Of a stretch of DNA of 64,000 nt, positions 24,187 to 33,771 are shown one piece after another. A program made the translations under genes and the position numbers. How positions within the stretch are numbered: the stretch's first letter is position 1; each line of letters begins with the position of its first letter. This DNA comes from Ferruginibacter sp. (GTDB lineage Bacteria > Bacteroidota > Bacteroidia > Chitinophagales > Chitinophagaceae), in the NCBI GenBank assembly GCA_044220615.1, contig JBGAQR010000005.1, positions 309,974 to 373,973 on the forward strand. The letters run 5' to 3'. The notes under the pieces are model-generated. The model was not told where the DNA came from. It did no database searches and worked only from the letters and a program-made list of their open reading frames with translations.

Positions 24187-26085
24187 ATGAGAAATGTATT
24201 ACACATGGTTTGGTTAATTCCCGTGCTGCCTTTGCTGGGATTCTTACTCAATGGCCTGGGCCGCAAGAAGGTTTCCAAAAGCCTGGCCGGCATCATTGGC
24301 AGCGGCACAGTTTTTCTTTCATTCCTCATCAGTGTGTACGTCTTCTTCAGCGTTAAAGGAGGCAATACATACGTTGCCCATTATTTCGATTTTATAAACA
24401 CCGATGCACTGAAGATCGGTTTCGATTTCCAGGTAGACCAGCTTTCTTCCCTCTTTTTATTGATAATAACCGGTGTTGGCTTTTTGATACATGTGTATTC
24501 AACGGCTTACATGCACGACGAAGAGCCGAAGGATTTTGCAAAATATTTCGCCTACCTCAACCTGTTTGTGTTTTCCATGCTTTTGCTGGTAATGGGAGCC
24601 AATTATGTGATCATGTTCATTGGTTGGGAAGGTGTGGGGCTTTGCTCTTATTTATTGATCGGCTATTGGTTTAAAAATACCAATTACAATGTGGCGGCTA
24701 AGAAGGCCTTCATCATGAACCGCATTGGCGACCTGGGATTTTTGCTGGCGGTGTTCTGGCTGGTTGCAAAAGTTGGTTCGGTTGACTTTCATAATGTGTT
24801 TGCGAACGTTTCTAAACTATCAGCAACTGATGTAACCGGTATTACTCTTTTATTATTTGTTGGCGCCATGGGCAAAAGCGCCCAGATACCTTTATACACC
24901 TGGTTGCCTGATGCGATGGCGGGTCCAACTCCGGTGAGCGCCCTGATACATGCTGCCACCATGGTTACAGCCGGTATCTACATGATCGCAAGAAGCAATA
25001 TATTATATACCATGGCGCCCGTTTCTCAAAACGTGGTTGCCATTGTTGGATTGTCTACGGCCATTCTTGCCGCTACCATTGCACTGAAACAAAATGATAT
25101 TAAGAAAGTGCTGGCTTACTCAACCGTTAGCCAGTTGGGATATATGTTCTTAGCGCTGGGTGTTGGCGCCTATACCGGCGCTGTATTTCATGTAATGACG
25201 CATGCATTCTTTAAAGCGCTGTTGTTCCTGGGGGCCGGAAGTGTTATTCATGCCATGAGCGGCGAACAGGATATACGCAACATGGGCGGATTGAAAAAAT
25301 ACATGAGCGCTACGCATATCACTTTCCTGTTGGGATGTTTGGCCATTGCCGGCATGCCTCCTTTCTCCGGTTTCTTTTCAAAAGATGAGATACTGGCTGC
25401 AGCCTATGCCAAAAGCCCCATCCTTTGGGTGGTGGGTGTTGGAGGCGCTATCATGACCGCATTCTATATGTTCCGTTTATATGCCATGACCTTCCTCGGA
25501 AAATTCAGGGGAACGCATGACCAGGAGCATCATTTACATGAAAGTCCGAAAGCAATTACAATACCCCTCATCATACTCGCCATTCTTTCTGTTATCGGTG
25601 GCTGGATCGGCATACCGGAGATATTTATGCATGGCGGACACAGGCTGGAAGAATTTCTGGCGCCGGTATTTGCACAGGGCAACGCCCTCACCGTAAAACA
25701 TCACATGTCTCATTCAACCGAATACCTGTTAATGGGTGTTTCGGTTGCACTGGCGCTGGGCGCTTTATTATATGCCTGGAATAAATTCAGCAAATACCAG
25801 AAAACAGGTAAAGAAGAAACAGGCCTTGGCAAAGTGCTGGAGAATAAATGGTATGTGGATGAACTGTATGATAACATCATTGTAAAACCGGTGCTGGCCA
25901 TTGGAAAATATTTTAACAACGTGGTAGAGAAGAAAGGCATTGATGGTTTTGTGAACGGCATCGGCAAAGCGGTTAACTACAGCAGCCGGCAGATACGTTT
26001 GCTGCAATCCGGCCAGGTAGGCGCTTATGTGCTGATGATGGTGCTGGGCATTTTAATTTTATTCATCGTTCAATTGTTTTTGTAA
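24187..26085 (+). CDS. nuoL: NADH-quinone oxidoreductase subunit L
   Basis: 632-aa antiporter-like subunit (WEGVGLCSYLLIGYW; SALIHAATMVTAG). Confidence 0.92.
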   Translation: MRNVLHMVWLIPVLPLLGFLLNGLGRKKVSKSLAGIIGSGTVFLSFLISVYVFFSVKGGNTYVAHYFDFINTDALKIGFDFQVDQLSSLFLLIITGVGFLIHVYSTAYMHDEEPKDFAKYFAYLNLFVFSMLLLVMGANYVIMFIGWEGVGLCSYLLIGYWFKNTNYNVAAKKAFIMNRIGDLGFLLAVFWLVAKVGSVDFHNVFANVSKLSATDVTGITLLLFVGAMGKSAQIPLYTWLPDAMAGPTPVSALIHAATMVTAGIYMIARSNILYTMAPVSQNVVAIVGLSTAILAATIALKQNDIKKVLAYSTVSQLGYMFLALGVGAYTGAVFHVMTHAFFKALLFLGAGSVIHAMSGEQDIRNMGGLKKYMSATHITFLLGCLAIAGMPPFSGFFSKDEILAAAYAKSPILWVVGVGGAIMTAFYMFRLYAMTFLGKFRGTHDQEHHLHESPKAITIPLIILAILSVIGGWIGIPEIFMHGGHRLEEFLAPVFAQGNALTVKHHMSHSTEYLLMGVSVALALGALLYAWNKFSKYQKTGKEETGLGKVLENKWYVDELYDNIIVKPVLAIGKYFNNVVEKKGIDGFVNGIGKAVNYSSRQIRLLQSGQVGAYVLMMVLGILILFIVQLFL

Positions 26086-26091
26086 GAAGAT

Positions 26092-27579
26092 ATGGACCCG
26101 AAAAATATTTGGATAACATTCCCGGAGCTGCTCGTTTGGTTTCCCTTGCTGGCAGGGGTGGTTGCTTTTATCATCCGAGATGAGAAGAAGGTAAAGACCT
26201 GGGCATTGATCGCTTCGCTGATCACCCTGGGCATTTCAATAACAAGTTTGGTTTATTCAGATAACACAAAACATTTTTACATCAATAATGTAAGTTACTT
26301 CTGGCTGAAATATGTAGGCAGTAACCTTAGCCTGGGGCTTGATGGAATGGGGCATATGCTTACGGCTTTAACAGCAGTTGCCTTCCCCCTCATCTTTATT
26401 GCAACTAGTAAACCGAATTTTAAAAATGCCAATGCATATTACGGGTTGATGCTGTTAACGCAGGCGGGATTGATGGGTGTGTTTACCGCCATGGATGTAC
26501 TGATCTTTTATTTCTTCTGGGAGCTTGCGGTTATACCTGCTTACTTCCTATGCAGCCGCTGGGGCGGCGAGCGAAGGATACAGGCCACTTTCAAATTCTT
26601 TGTGTATACGTTTGCCGGTTCCTTGTTGATGCTCATCGGCATCATGTATGTGTACACACATACGTATCCAACAGCTTATTCCGAGCATTCGTTTTCGATG
26701 AGCGCTTTTTATAACGCTACCCTTACTGCCAATGAACAAAACTGGGTGTTCTGGTTATTCTTTGTTGCGTTTGCTATTAAGATGCCGGTATTTCCTTTTC
26801 ATACCTGGCAGCCCGATACCTATGAGCAGGCGCCTACTTCCACTACCATGGTGCTGAGCGGTATCATGGTCAAGATGGGCATCTTTGCCGTGATCAGGTG
26901 GCTGGTGCCGGTTTTTCCTGCGGCAGCAGCCCGGTTTGATAATATAGTGATCGGACTTTCGGTGGTAGGGATGATCTATGCAAGCCTCATCGCCATTAAA
27001 CAAGACGACCTCAAACGTTTTGTAGCCTATTCATCCATTGCACATATCGGGTTGATGTGTGCGGCCATCTTTGCCAAAAGCAGTATTGGTTTACAGGGAG
27101 TGATGATACAGATGTTCAGCCATGGTATCAATATCATCGGCATGTGGATAGTGGTTGACCTGGTGGAAAAACAAACCGGTACCCGTAAAATATCCGAACT
27201 GGGTGGTATTGCTCATAAAGCGCCCGCACTTACCATTTTTTTGGTAGTGATTGCCCTGGCAAATATTGCACTGCCACTGACCAATGCTTTTGTGGGAGAG
27301 TTTATGATGTTCAGCGGGTTATTCAAATTCAATATGATCTATACGGCCGTGGCCCTGGTAAGCATCATACTGGCTGCCGTGTATACATTGAATATGGTGC
27401 AAAAGGTTTTTTACGGAGAAGCGAATGCAGTTACCAATGCGGTACAGGAAATTTCATTGAACCAGAAATTAGTATTGAGTGTGCTGGTGATCTTTATTTT
27501 CCTGTTTGGTGTTTTTCCGCAGCCACTACTTGATTTAACGAAGGATACCGTAATGGCTATATTAACAAGATTTAAATAA
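26092..27579 (+). CDS. nuoM: NADH-quinone oxidoreductase subunit M
   Basis: 495-aa antiporter-like subunit (PFHTWQPDTYEQAPT). Confidence 0.9.
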   Translation: MDPKNIWITFPELLVWFPLLAGVVAFIIRDEKKVKTWALIASLITLGISITSLVYSDNTKHFYINNVSYFWLKYVGSNLSLGLDGMGHMLTALTAVAFPLIFIATSKPNFKNANAYYGLMLLTQAGLMGVFTAMDVLIFYFFWELAVIPAYFLCSRWGGERRIQATFKFFVYTFAGSLLMLIGIMYVYTHTYPTAYSEHSFSMSAFYNATLTANEQNWVFWLFFVAFAIKMPVFPFHTWQPDTYEQAPTSTTMVLSGIMVKMGIFAVIRWLVPVFPAAAARFDNIVIGLSVVGMIYASLIAIKQDDLKRFVAYSSIAHIGLMCAAIFAKSSIGLQGVMIQMFSHGINIIGMWIVVDLVEKQTGTRKISELGGIAHKAPALTIFLVVIALANIALPLTNAFVGEFMMFSGLFKFNMIYTAVALVSIILAAVYTLNMVQKVFYGEANAVTNAVQEISLNQKLVLSVLVIFIFLFGVFPQPLLDLTKDTVMAILTRFK

Positions 27580-27595
27580 CAAAACCAAATGGTGG

Positions 27596-27611
27596 TCCGC
27601 CGGTTGGCGGA
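27596..27611 (+). repeat. GC hairpin TCCGCC-GGTT-GGCGGA, followed by ATAGAGGT and the nuoN ATG
   Basis: 6-bp perfect stem. ATAGAGGT at 27612-27619 and the ATG at 27620. Confidence 0.8.
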
Positions 27612-27619
27612 ATAGAGGT

Positions 27620-29014
27620 ATGAACGCAATTATTTTAACAGCAGCATGGGGAGTAGTGATGATGTTGGGCGGCGCTTTTATTAAAAGTAAGTCCACCCCA
27701 AAATACCTGGCCATAACCGGCCTGGTGCTGGCACTTGTGCTGAACTGCATGGAACTGAACAGCGGAATGCCGCTCTTTTCTATAGGTGTAAAGGACATGC
27801 TACGTTTCAACAGCTTTAATTTAACGTTCATCAATATAGCATTAGGCTGTACCCTGCTTTACTTCTTACTCAACGGAAGGGATATTGAAAAAGTAGGGGA
27901 GCATGTATCGGAATATTTTGCACTGCTGTTCTTTGTTTTGTGCGGGGTAACACTCATTTCAACATTTAATACGCTGCTGATGCTGTTCATTGGTATTGAG
28001 ATCGTTTCTATTCCCTTGTATATTTTAACCGGCAGCGACAAGCGTAACCTCAAGAGCAATGAAGCGGCCCTTAAGTATTTTTTAATGGGGGCTTTCTCCA
28101 CCGGCATCATGTTGCTGGGTATTGCTTTTCTTTATGGAGGAAGTGAGACTGGCTCTTTCTATATAAGTAATATCATTTCAGGAAGCGGCCCTATGCCGCC
28201 CATGATAGCCGTGGGGTTGGTGCTGTTGCTGATATCGATGTCGTTCAAAGTTTCTGCAGCTCCTTTTCATTTCTGGACTCCCGATGTGTACGATGGAGCG
28301 CCAACGGTTTTCACTTCGTTCATGGCTACGGTTGTAAAAGCGGCGGCCTTCTTCGCTTTTGTGCGCCTGTTTGAAAATGCATTTGGTACCATGCATGCCC
28401 AGTGGCAGAAACTGATTGTGATACTTATTGCGGCTACGCTGCTCATCGGTAATCTTACTGCCGTATTTCAGCAAAGCGTAAAACGGATGCTGGCTTATTC
28501 CAGTATTGCCCAGGCAGGCTTCATGCTGTTTTCTTTATTTGCATTGAACGGCATGGCAAAAGAGGGCCTTGTACTTTATGCAGCGGCTTACAGCCTGGCC
28601 AGTATCGGCATCTTCGCCATCCTGGTAAAAATGAACGATTATACCATCGATGGATTCAACGGTTTGGGAAAACAGCAACCGGTGCTGGCGCTTACGGCAA
28701 CCATATTCCTTTTATCGCTTACCGGTATTCCGCTTACGGCTGGTTTCCAGAGTAAATTCTATATGTTGCTGGCGGCCGTGCAAAACGGCCAGCACATCTG
28801 GCTGGTGATCCTGGCTGTTTTGTGTGCAGCCATCAGCGCCTATTACTATTTCCGGGTGATACAGGCCATGTATTTTAAAGACAGCACTGCTGCTGACAGC
28901 ATGGATAGCTCCGGCATAACCACTGCCTTTAAGGTACTGCTGGTGATCACAGCCGTACTCATCATTGTACTGGGCATGTTCCCTAATCTTATTACCGACT
29001 GGCTTTATTTTTAA
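27620..29014 (+). CDS. nuoN: NADH-quinone oxidoreductase subunit N
   Basis: 464-aa antiporter-like subunit (APFHFWTPDVYDGAPT). Last gene of the operon. Confidence 0.9.
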   Translation: MNAIILTAAWGVVMMLGGAFIKSKSTPKYLAITGLVLALVLNCMELNSGMPLFSIGVKDMLRFNSFNLTFINIALGCTLLYFLLNGRDIEKVGEHVSEYFALLFFVLCGVTLISTFNTLLMLFIGIEIVSIPLYILTGSDKRNLKSNEAALKYFLMGAFSTGIMLLGIAFLYGGSETGSFYISNIISGSGPMPPMIAVGLVLLLISMSFKVSAAPFHFWTPDVYDGAPTVFTSFMATVVKAAAFFAFVRLFENAFGTMHAQWQKLIVILIAATLLIGNLTAVFQQSVKRMLAYSSIAQAGFMLFSLFALNGMAKEGLVLYAAAYSLASIGIFAILVKMNDYTIDGFNGLGKQQPVLALTATIFLLSLTGIPLTAGFQSKFYMLLAAVQNGQHIWLVILAVLCAAISAYYYFRVIQAMYFKDSTAADSMDSSGITTAFKVLLVITAVLIIVLGMFPNLITDWLYF

Positions 29015-29034
29015 ATAAACGGTTAGCCGTTTAT
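29015..29034 (+). terminator. Possible terminator hairpin ATAAACGG-TTAG-CCGTTTAT after nuoN
   Basis: 8-bp perfect stem immediately after the stop. It is AT-rich and followed by AAAAGTTTT rather than a clean T-tract. Confidence 0.45.
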
Positions 29035-29090
29035 AAAAGTTTTGCAGCCCAATGCCTATCTCTTGTTAACTTTAGGGAGAATAACAGCTC

Positions 29091-30371
29091 ATGACTCTTA
29101 AAGATACCTTTGCACTTTCCTGGCGTAATATCTCCGGCAATAAATTGCGGACCGGCATCACCGTTGCCATTATCGCATTTGGTATCATGGCACTTATCGG
29201 TATCATCACTTCCATACAGGCAGCAAGTGCCAGTCTTACCACCAGCTTTTCAACCATGGGTGCCAATTCATTCAGCGTTCGTTATAAAGAAAGAAATGTA
29301 CGGATCGGGGGTGGCCGGCAACGGGAGAATACCAAACTCCGTAAATCGGCATTAAAGGAAAAAAAATCGAACATGGGAAAAGTGATCACCTATGATGAGG
29401 CAAAGGCTTTTAAGGACCGGTATAATTTTCCTGCCAGGGTTGGCTTGGCGCTGAACGGCCCAAGAGGGATCGTGGTAAATAACGACCGGAAGAAAACAAA
29501 TCCGGATGTGTTTATACTGGGCGGAGATGAAAATTACCTGGAGCTGAACGGGTATAAGATAGCGTATGGAAGAAACCTTACTCCCACAGAAGTGGAATCG
29601 GGCCAGAGTATTTGTTTATTAGGGAGCGGTGTGGCTCAAAAGCTGTATCCCGAAAATCCGGAAAAGGCGATCGACAAAGTAGTGAGTGTGGATCATATTC
29701 CTTACCGGGTGATCGGTGTACTGGAAGAAAAAAGTTCCAGCGCTTTTTTTAATACCAGCAGAATCGTCATTACTTCCTATAACAATATCAGGCGGCTCTA
29801 TGCCAATCAAACATCTTCTTTTAATGTAGGCGTGATGGTGAATGATATAAAGATGATGGATGCTGCCATCGGGGAAGCGAAGGGAACATTCAGGCCGGTG
29901 CGTAAACTGGATGTGAAGGAAGAAGATAATTTCTATATTGATAAAAGTGACAGCATTGCCGAAAGCCTGATCACTAACCTGGGCTTCCTCGAAAAAGGAA
30001 CGATCGGTATTGCATTCATCACCCTTATTGGCGCCGCCATTGGGTTAATGAATATCATGCTGGTGGCGGTAAATGAGCGTACAAAGGAAATAGGGTTGGT
30101 AAAGGCGCTTGGCGGAACCAAACGGGATATCCGTTTCCAGTTCCTGGGAGAATCAATTTTGATAAGCCTGATAGGCGCTGTAGTAGGTATCATCCTGGGA
30201 ATCCTTCTGGGTAACGGGGTAGCTGTTTTGGTAAAGTCGGGTGTGGTGATACCATGGGGTTGGGTAATAGCAGGGATATTTGTTTGTTCAATGGTAGGGC
30301 TGGCAGCAGGATTATACCCGGCCCACAAAGCTTCTAAACTTGATCCCATTGTGGCGCTTCGCTATGAATAG
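29091..30371 (+). CDS. ABC transporter permease, FtsX/MacB-type, with no adjacent ATPase
   Basis: 426 aa. N-terminal TM, large periplasmic domain, and three C-terminal TM segments with the [19 protein letters not shown] motif. Confidence 0.85.
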   Translation: MTLKDTFALSWRNISGNKLRTGITVAIIAFGIMALIGIITSIQAASASLTTSFSTMGANSFSVRYKERNVRIGGGRQRENTKLRKSALKEKKSNMGKVITYDEAKAFKDRYNFPARVGLALNGPRGIVVNNDRKKTNPDVFILGGDENYLELNGYKIAYGRNLTPTEVESGQSICLLGSGVAQKLYPENPEKAIDKVVSVDHIPYRVIGVLEEKSSSAFFNTSRIVITSYNNIRRLYANQTSSFNVGVMVNDIKMMDAAIGEAKGTFRPVRKLDVKEEDNFYIDKSDSIAESLITNLGFLEKGTIGIAFITLIGAAIGLMNIMLVAVNERTKEIGLVKALGGTKRDIRFQFLGESILISLIGAVVGIILGILLGNGVAVLVKSGVVIPWGWVIAGIFVCSMVGLAAGLYPAHKASKLDPIVALRYE

Positions 30372-30652
30372 TGCATCCGTTTTCATATTATACTAGGCTT
30401 CCCGGTTCGTTTTTTTCCAATATTTTATCCACTTTCGGAATAAATTTATGTAAATGCCCCATTTTGTCATCGTAAAAAAATATTTATAAAATAAAAATTT
30501 CGTAAGTTGGGGCCTTCAATTATTTATTTACCTTGTGCGCCTGCATGGGCAGTACAATGGTAAAGGATGGTTGATGATGTTCAACATAGTTAAATCTTAA
30601 TTTATCATTAAACAGAGAACCAAACTTTAAACACACTAAAAATTTGAATTTT

Positions 30653-31507
30653 ATGGCAGAGACAAAAGCAACCGTAAAACCATCCACATCCGTTCAGGCA
30701 AAAAAATCCGGCAACGCTATTTCATTGTTAGCACCCGTTATTTGCCTGGTTGCCGGCTATTTGATCTGGAGATTTGGATTAGGTAATCCCAGTAATTTTG
30801 GACAACCAGCTACCGAAGGCTGGTTTTGGCCCAGTCATAAAGACCCAAAAACTGCTTTAAGTAAAATGTACCTGGGTGGTATAATTGTACCCATCCTGAT
30901 CGGAACATTCTTAACCATGCTCACTTTTGTTATTGAACGGTTCCTTACCATTGCCAAAGCAAACGGTACAGGGAATAATGCCGATTTCATCCGTAAGGTT
31001 CAATACCAGCTTGCGAATAAAAACATTGATGCTGCACTGGCAGAGTGCGATAAACAAAAGGGATCTGTAGGCAACGTAATGAAAGCAGGATTACACCGCT
31101 ACAAAGAAATGACTACCAACACAGAGCTTACTACCGACCAGAAAGTAATGGCTATTCAGAAGGAAGTGGAAGAAGCTACTTCTCTGGAGTTGCCTATGCT
31201 TGAAAAAAACCTGGTATTCTTATCTACCATCGCATCCATCGCCACCCTGTTGGGTCTGTTGGGAACGGTATTGGGTATGATACGTGCCTTTGGTAACCTG
31301 GGAGCCGATAGTGGCGGATCAGGAGCAGCCAACGAGTTATCAGTTGGTATCTCAGAAGCCTTGTATAATACGGCCCTGGGTATCGGCACCTCCGCATTTG
31401 CCATTGTGTTCTACAATATTTTCACTACCAAGATAGATGGTATCACCTATGGTATTGACGAATCAGGATTTACTTTAACTCAAACGTTTGCATCTCTGTA
31501 CAAGTAA
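30653..31507 (+). CDS. exbB: MotA/TolQ/ExbB proton-channel protein
   Basis: C-terminal IATLLGLLGTVLGMIRAF...ISEALYNTALGI motif. Start set to the ATG at 30653. Confidence 0.88.
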   Translation: MAETKATVKPSTSVQAKKSGNAISLLAPVICLVAGYLIWRFGLGNPSNFGQPATEGWFWPSHKDPKTALSKMYLGGIIVPILIGTFLTMLTFVIERFLTIAKANGTGNNADFIRKVQYQLANKNIDAALAECDKQKGSVGNVMKAGLHRYKEMTTNTELTTDQKVMAIQKEVEEATSLELPMLEKNLVFLSTIASIATLLGLLGTVLGMIRAFGNLGADSGGSGAANELSVGISEALYNTALGIGTSAFAIVFYNIFTTKIDGITYGIDESGFTLTQTFASLYK

Positions 31508-31563
31508 TTGTATGGATTGATCATGACTTTGCATCTTAAGTAAAAATTGAAAACAGATTAGAT

Positions 31564-32217
31564 ATGCCAAAAGTTAAAATACCAAGGAAAAGCACAAACA
31601 TCGACATGACGGCGATGTGTGACGTGGCCTTCCTGCTGTTGTCGTTCTTCATACTGGCAACCAAGCAAAAGCCACCGGAAGTGCTGGCTGTTAAAACGCC
31701 TACTTCTGTTTCCAGCAAAGCAGCCCCGGATAAATCCATCCTCATTACCCTTACCAAAGAGGGAAAAGTGTTCTTAATGCTGGGCGACGATACCAAGAAG
31801 GCTGCGATCATTGATGATATCAATAAAACCAGGAGCCTGCAGTTATCGGCTACCGAGCTTGCAAAGCTTAAGAAATCTGATTATATCGGGGTTCCATTGA
31901 ATCAATTGAAATCATACCTGAATGCCACCAGCGAAATTCCGGCCACTACCCTGGCAGGGATACCTTCGGATACAACCAATAACGAATTGAGTTACTGGAT
32001 ACGCAGCGTAACCAATGTATATGCAGGCGAAGACCAGCGTAAACTGCAGGAGATGCTGCTCGTTAAAGGAGATGCCGAAGCTTTATATCCTGTATTCAAG
32101 AATATAAAGAATGCGCTGAAGGCAAATGAGATATATAAATTCAGGATCGTGACCGAAGGGGAAACCGTTCCGGTAGGATCTGAACTTTATAAGACAGGTA
32201 AGAACAAGGAAAAATAA
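31564..32217 (+). CDS. exbD: ExbD/TolR family protein (long form)
   Basis: N-terminus IDMTAMCDVAFLLLSFFIL, followed by a 217-aa periplasmic extension. Confidence 0.85.
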   Translation: MPKVKIPRKSTNIDMTAMCDVAFLLLSFFILATKQKPPEVLAVKTPTSVSSKAAPDKSILITLTKEGKVFLMLGDDTKKAAIIDDINKTRSLQLSATELAKLKKSDYIGVPLNQLKSYLNATSEIPATTLAGIPSDTTNNELSYWIRSVTNVYAGEDQRKLQEMLLVKGDAEALYPVFKNIKNALKANEIYKFRIVTEGETVPVGSELYKTGKNKEK

Positions 32218-32244
32218 AGTTTTAACAACTAAAAAGAATTTGCT

Positions 32245-32793
32245 ATGGCAGAAATGGATACCTCGTCGGGTGGCGGACATAAGAAAGGCCCCGGCGTCAA
32301 AAAAGGAAAAAAGCTTTCTACCCGTGTAGATCTTACACCGATGGTAGACCTTGGATTCCTCCTGCTTACATTCTTCGTGTTCACCACTACCATGAGCCAG
32401 TCAACGGCCATGAATATGAATGAACCAAAAGATGAAAAAGATAAGGAATTGAAGGTGAAGAACTCAGGTGCTATGACCATCCTGCTTGGAAAAGGAAACC
32501 AGGTGTACTATTATTATGGCCAGTTGGATCCCAATACAGTGAGTGAGCAGTTCAAATCAACCACTTTTAAGGAGATGCGCAAACTGATCCTTGATAAAAA
32601 GAACGGTACGCCTATTGATGACCTGATGTATATTATCAAATCAGATAAGAATTCCACGTTTAAAAATGCCATCGACATACTGGATGAAATGACCATATCG
32701 GCTGTTCCCCCGGGACACTATGCCGAAGTGGATATGACGCCGGTAGAGGAGATGCTTATTAAACAAACAGAAGAAGCAAACGGCATCAAGTAG
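32245..32793 (+). CDS. exbD: ExbD/TolR family protein
   Basis: STRVDLTPMVDLGFLLLTFFVFTT motif. Confidence 0.85.
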   Translation: MAEMDTSSGGGHKKGPGVKKGKKLSTRVDLTPMVDLGFLLLTFFVFTTTMSQSTAMNMNEPKDEKDKELKVKNSGAMTILLGKGNQVYYYYGQLDPNTVSEQFKSTTFKEMRKLILDKKNGTPIDDLMYIIKSDKNSTFKNAIDILDEMTISAVPPGHYAEVDMTPVEEMLIKQTEEANGIK

Positions 32794-32839
32794 TATGGAA
32801 TAAGCCCTATTTCGAATCTAATTAACAAAAGAGATTATA

Positions 32840-33664
32840 ATGGAAGCTAATAAAATCTTAAGTGCCGATATACTGGACATCATCTTCGACGGTAAGAACA
32901 AAGAATACGGTGCTTACCAGCTGAGAAAGTCCTATAAGAAGACGCTTACAAAAGCCCTCATCATAACCGGGTCGGCATTATTACTGATACTGCTCGGAAC
33001 CGTGTTTGCAGGGATCATAGAAAAAAACAGCCCAAAGGAATTTAAGGTAGTGGATACCCAGATGGCTGAGGTTAAAAATGATGAACCACCACCTCCTCCA
33101 CCTCCTCCACCTCCTCCTACGCCACCACCACCACCGGAGATCAACCAGGTGAAATTCACTCCTCCAAAAATTGTGAAGGATGAAGAGGTGAAACCTGATG
33201 AAAAGATCGAGGAGATTAAGGAAGACCAGGTGATCAGTACAAAAACTGTGGAAAGCGAAAATAAAACACAGGTTGTACAGGCGCCGGTTGAAGAAACGGG
33301 AACCAAAGTGGTAGAAGTAAAAAAAGATGATGACGAGAACAAGATATTCACTAAAGTGGAAGTGGAAGCAGAATTTCCAGGTGGACAGGCAGCGTGGATC
33401 AATTACCTGAATAAGAATCTGAATAACCAGACGCCTGCCGATAACGGGGCTCCCGGCGGAAAATATACGGTGATCGTTAAGTTCATTGTAAGCAGGGATG
33501 GAAGTTTAAGTGATGTAACCTGCGAGAACGATCCCGGTTATGGTATGTGTCAGGAAGCAGTACGGGTAATTAAAAAGACCAAGAACTGGACCCCGGCCAT
33601 TCAAAACGGGCGTAATGTAAATGCATACAGAAGACAACCCATTACCTGGGTTGTGGAAGAATAA
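32840..33664 (+). CDS. tonB: Energy transducer TonB (paralog 2) with an 18-residue proline tract
   Basis: N-terminus DILDIIFDGKNKEYGAYQLRK, PPPPPPPPPPPPTPPPPP linker, and a C-terminal TonB domain (AEFPGGQAAW...RQPITW). Confidence 0.88.
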   Translation: MEANKILSADILDIIFDGKNKEYGAYQLRKSYKKTLTKALIITGSALLLILLGTVFAGIIEKNSPKEFKVVDTQMAEVKNDEPPPPPPPPPPPTPPPPPEINQVKFTPPKIVKDEEVKPDEKIEEIKEDQVISTKTVESENKTQVVQAPVEETGTKVVEVKKDDDENKIFTKVEVEAEFPGGQAAWINYLNKNLNNQTPADNGAPGGKYTVIVKFIVSRDGSLSDVTCENDPGYGMCQEAVRVIKKTKNWTPAIQNGRNVNAYRRQPITWVVEE

Positions 33665-33689
33665 GATCAACAGTTATAAAAGCGGATTA

Positions 33690-33729
33690 AAAAGAATTGC
33701 CCCGGACTTAAGTCCGGGGCAATTCTTTT
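33690..33729 (+). terminator. Perfect 40-nt palindromic terminator AAAAGAATTGCCCCGGACTT/AAGTCCGGGGCAATTCTTTT
   Basis: The two 20-nt halves are exact reverse complements. The core is GC-rich, with an A-run on the 5' side and a T-run on the 3' side. Confidence 0.85.
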
Positions 33730-33771
33730 GTGGAAACACCTGCTTCTACCGTCTTAATAAAAACTAATGTT

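Noticed and set aside
14870-27619. Whether the many short intergenic repeats could be a CRISPR array or riboswitches
   Set aside because: They are not direct repeats with regular spacing and unique spacers. They are separated by whole genes and belong to several unrelated word families. No cas genes are present. I recognised no known riboswitch consensus.
29091-30371. Lone FtsX/MacB-type permease as part of a novel system with nuo or exbB
   Set aside because: It is separated from nuoN by a hairpin and 76 nt, and from exbB by 281 nt. Orphan FtsX-type permease genes with partners encoded elsewhere are common in Bacteroidota. Nothing in the sequence links it functionally to its neighbours.
30372-30652. 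281-bp AT-rich gap upstream of exbB, examined for a tRNA, small RNA or riboswitch
   Set aside because: I could see no cloverleaf-compatible arms, no conserved riboswitch core and no strong hairpin. It is most simply a promoter and leader region. This cannot be excluded without covariance-model searches.
33085-33140. TonB proline tract as a slipped-strand phase-variation site
   Set aside because: At the DNA level it is a mix of CCA/CCT/CCG codons interrupted by ACG. It is not a homopolymer or a perfect short tandem repeat, and Pro-rich linkers are a normal TonB feature.
32932-33402. 156-aa minus-strand ORF with a poly-Gly run
   Set aside because: It is the antisense image of the TonB proline tract and linker. 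It has no independent support.
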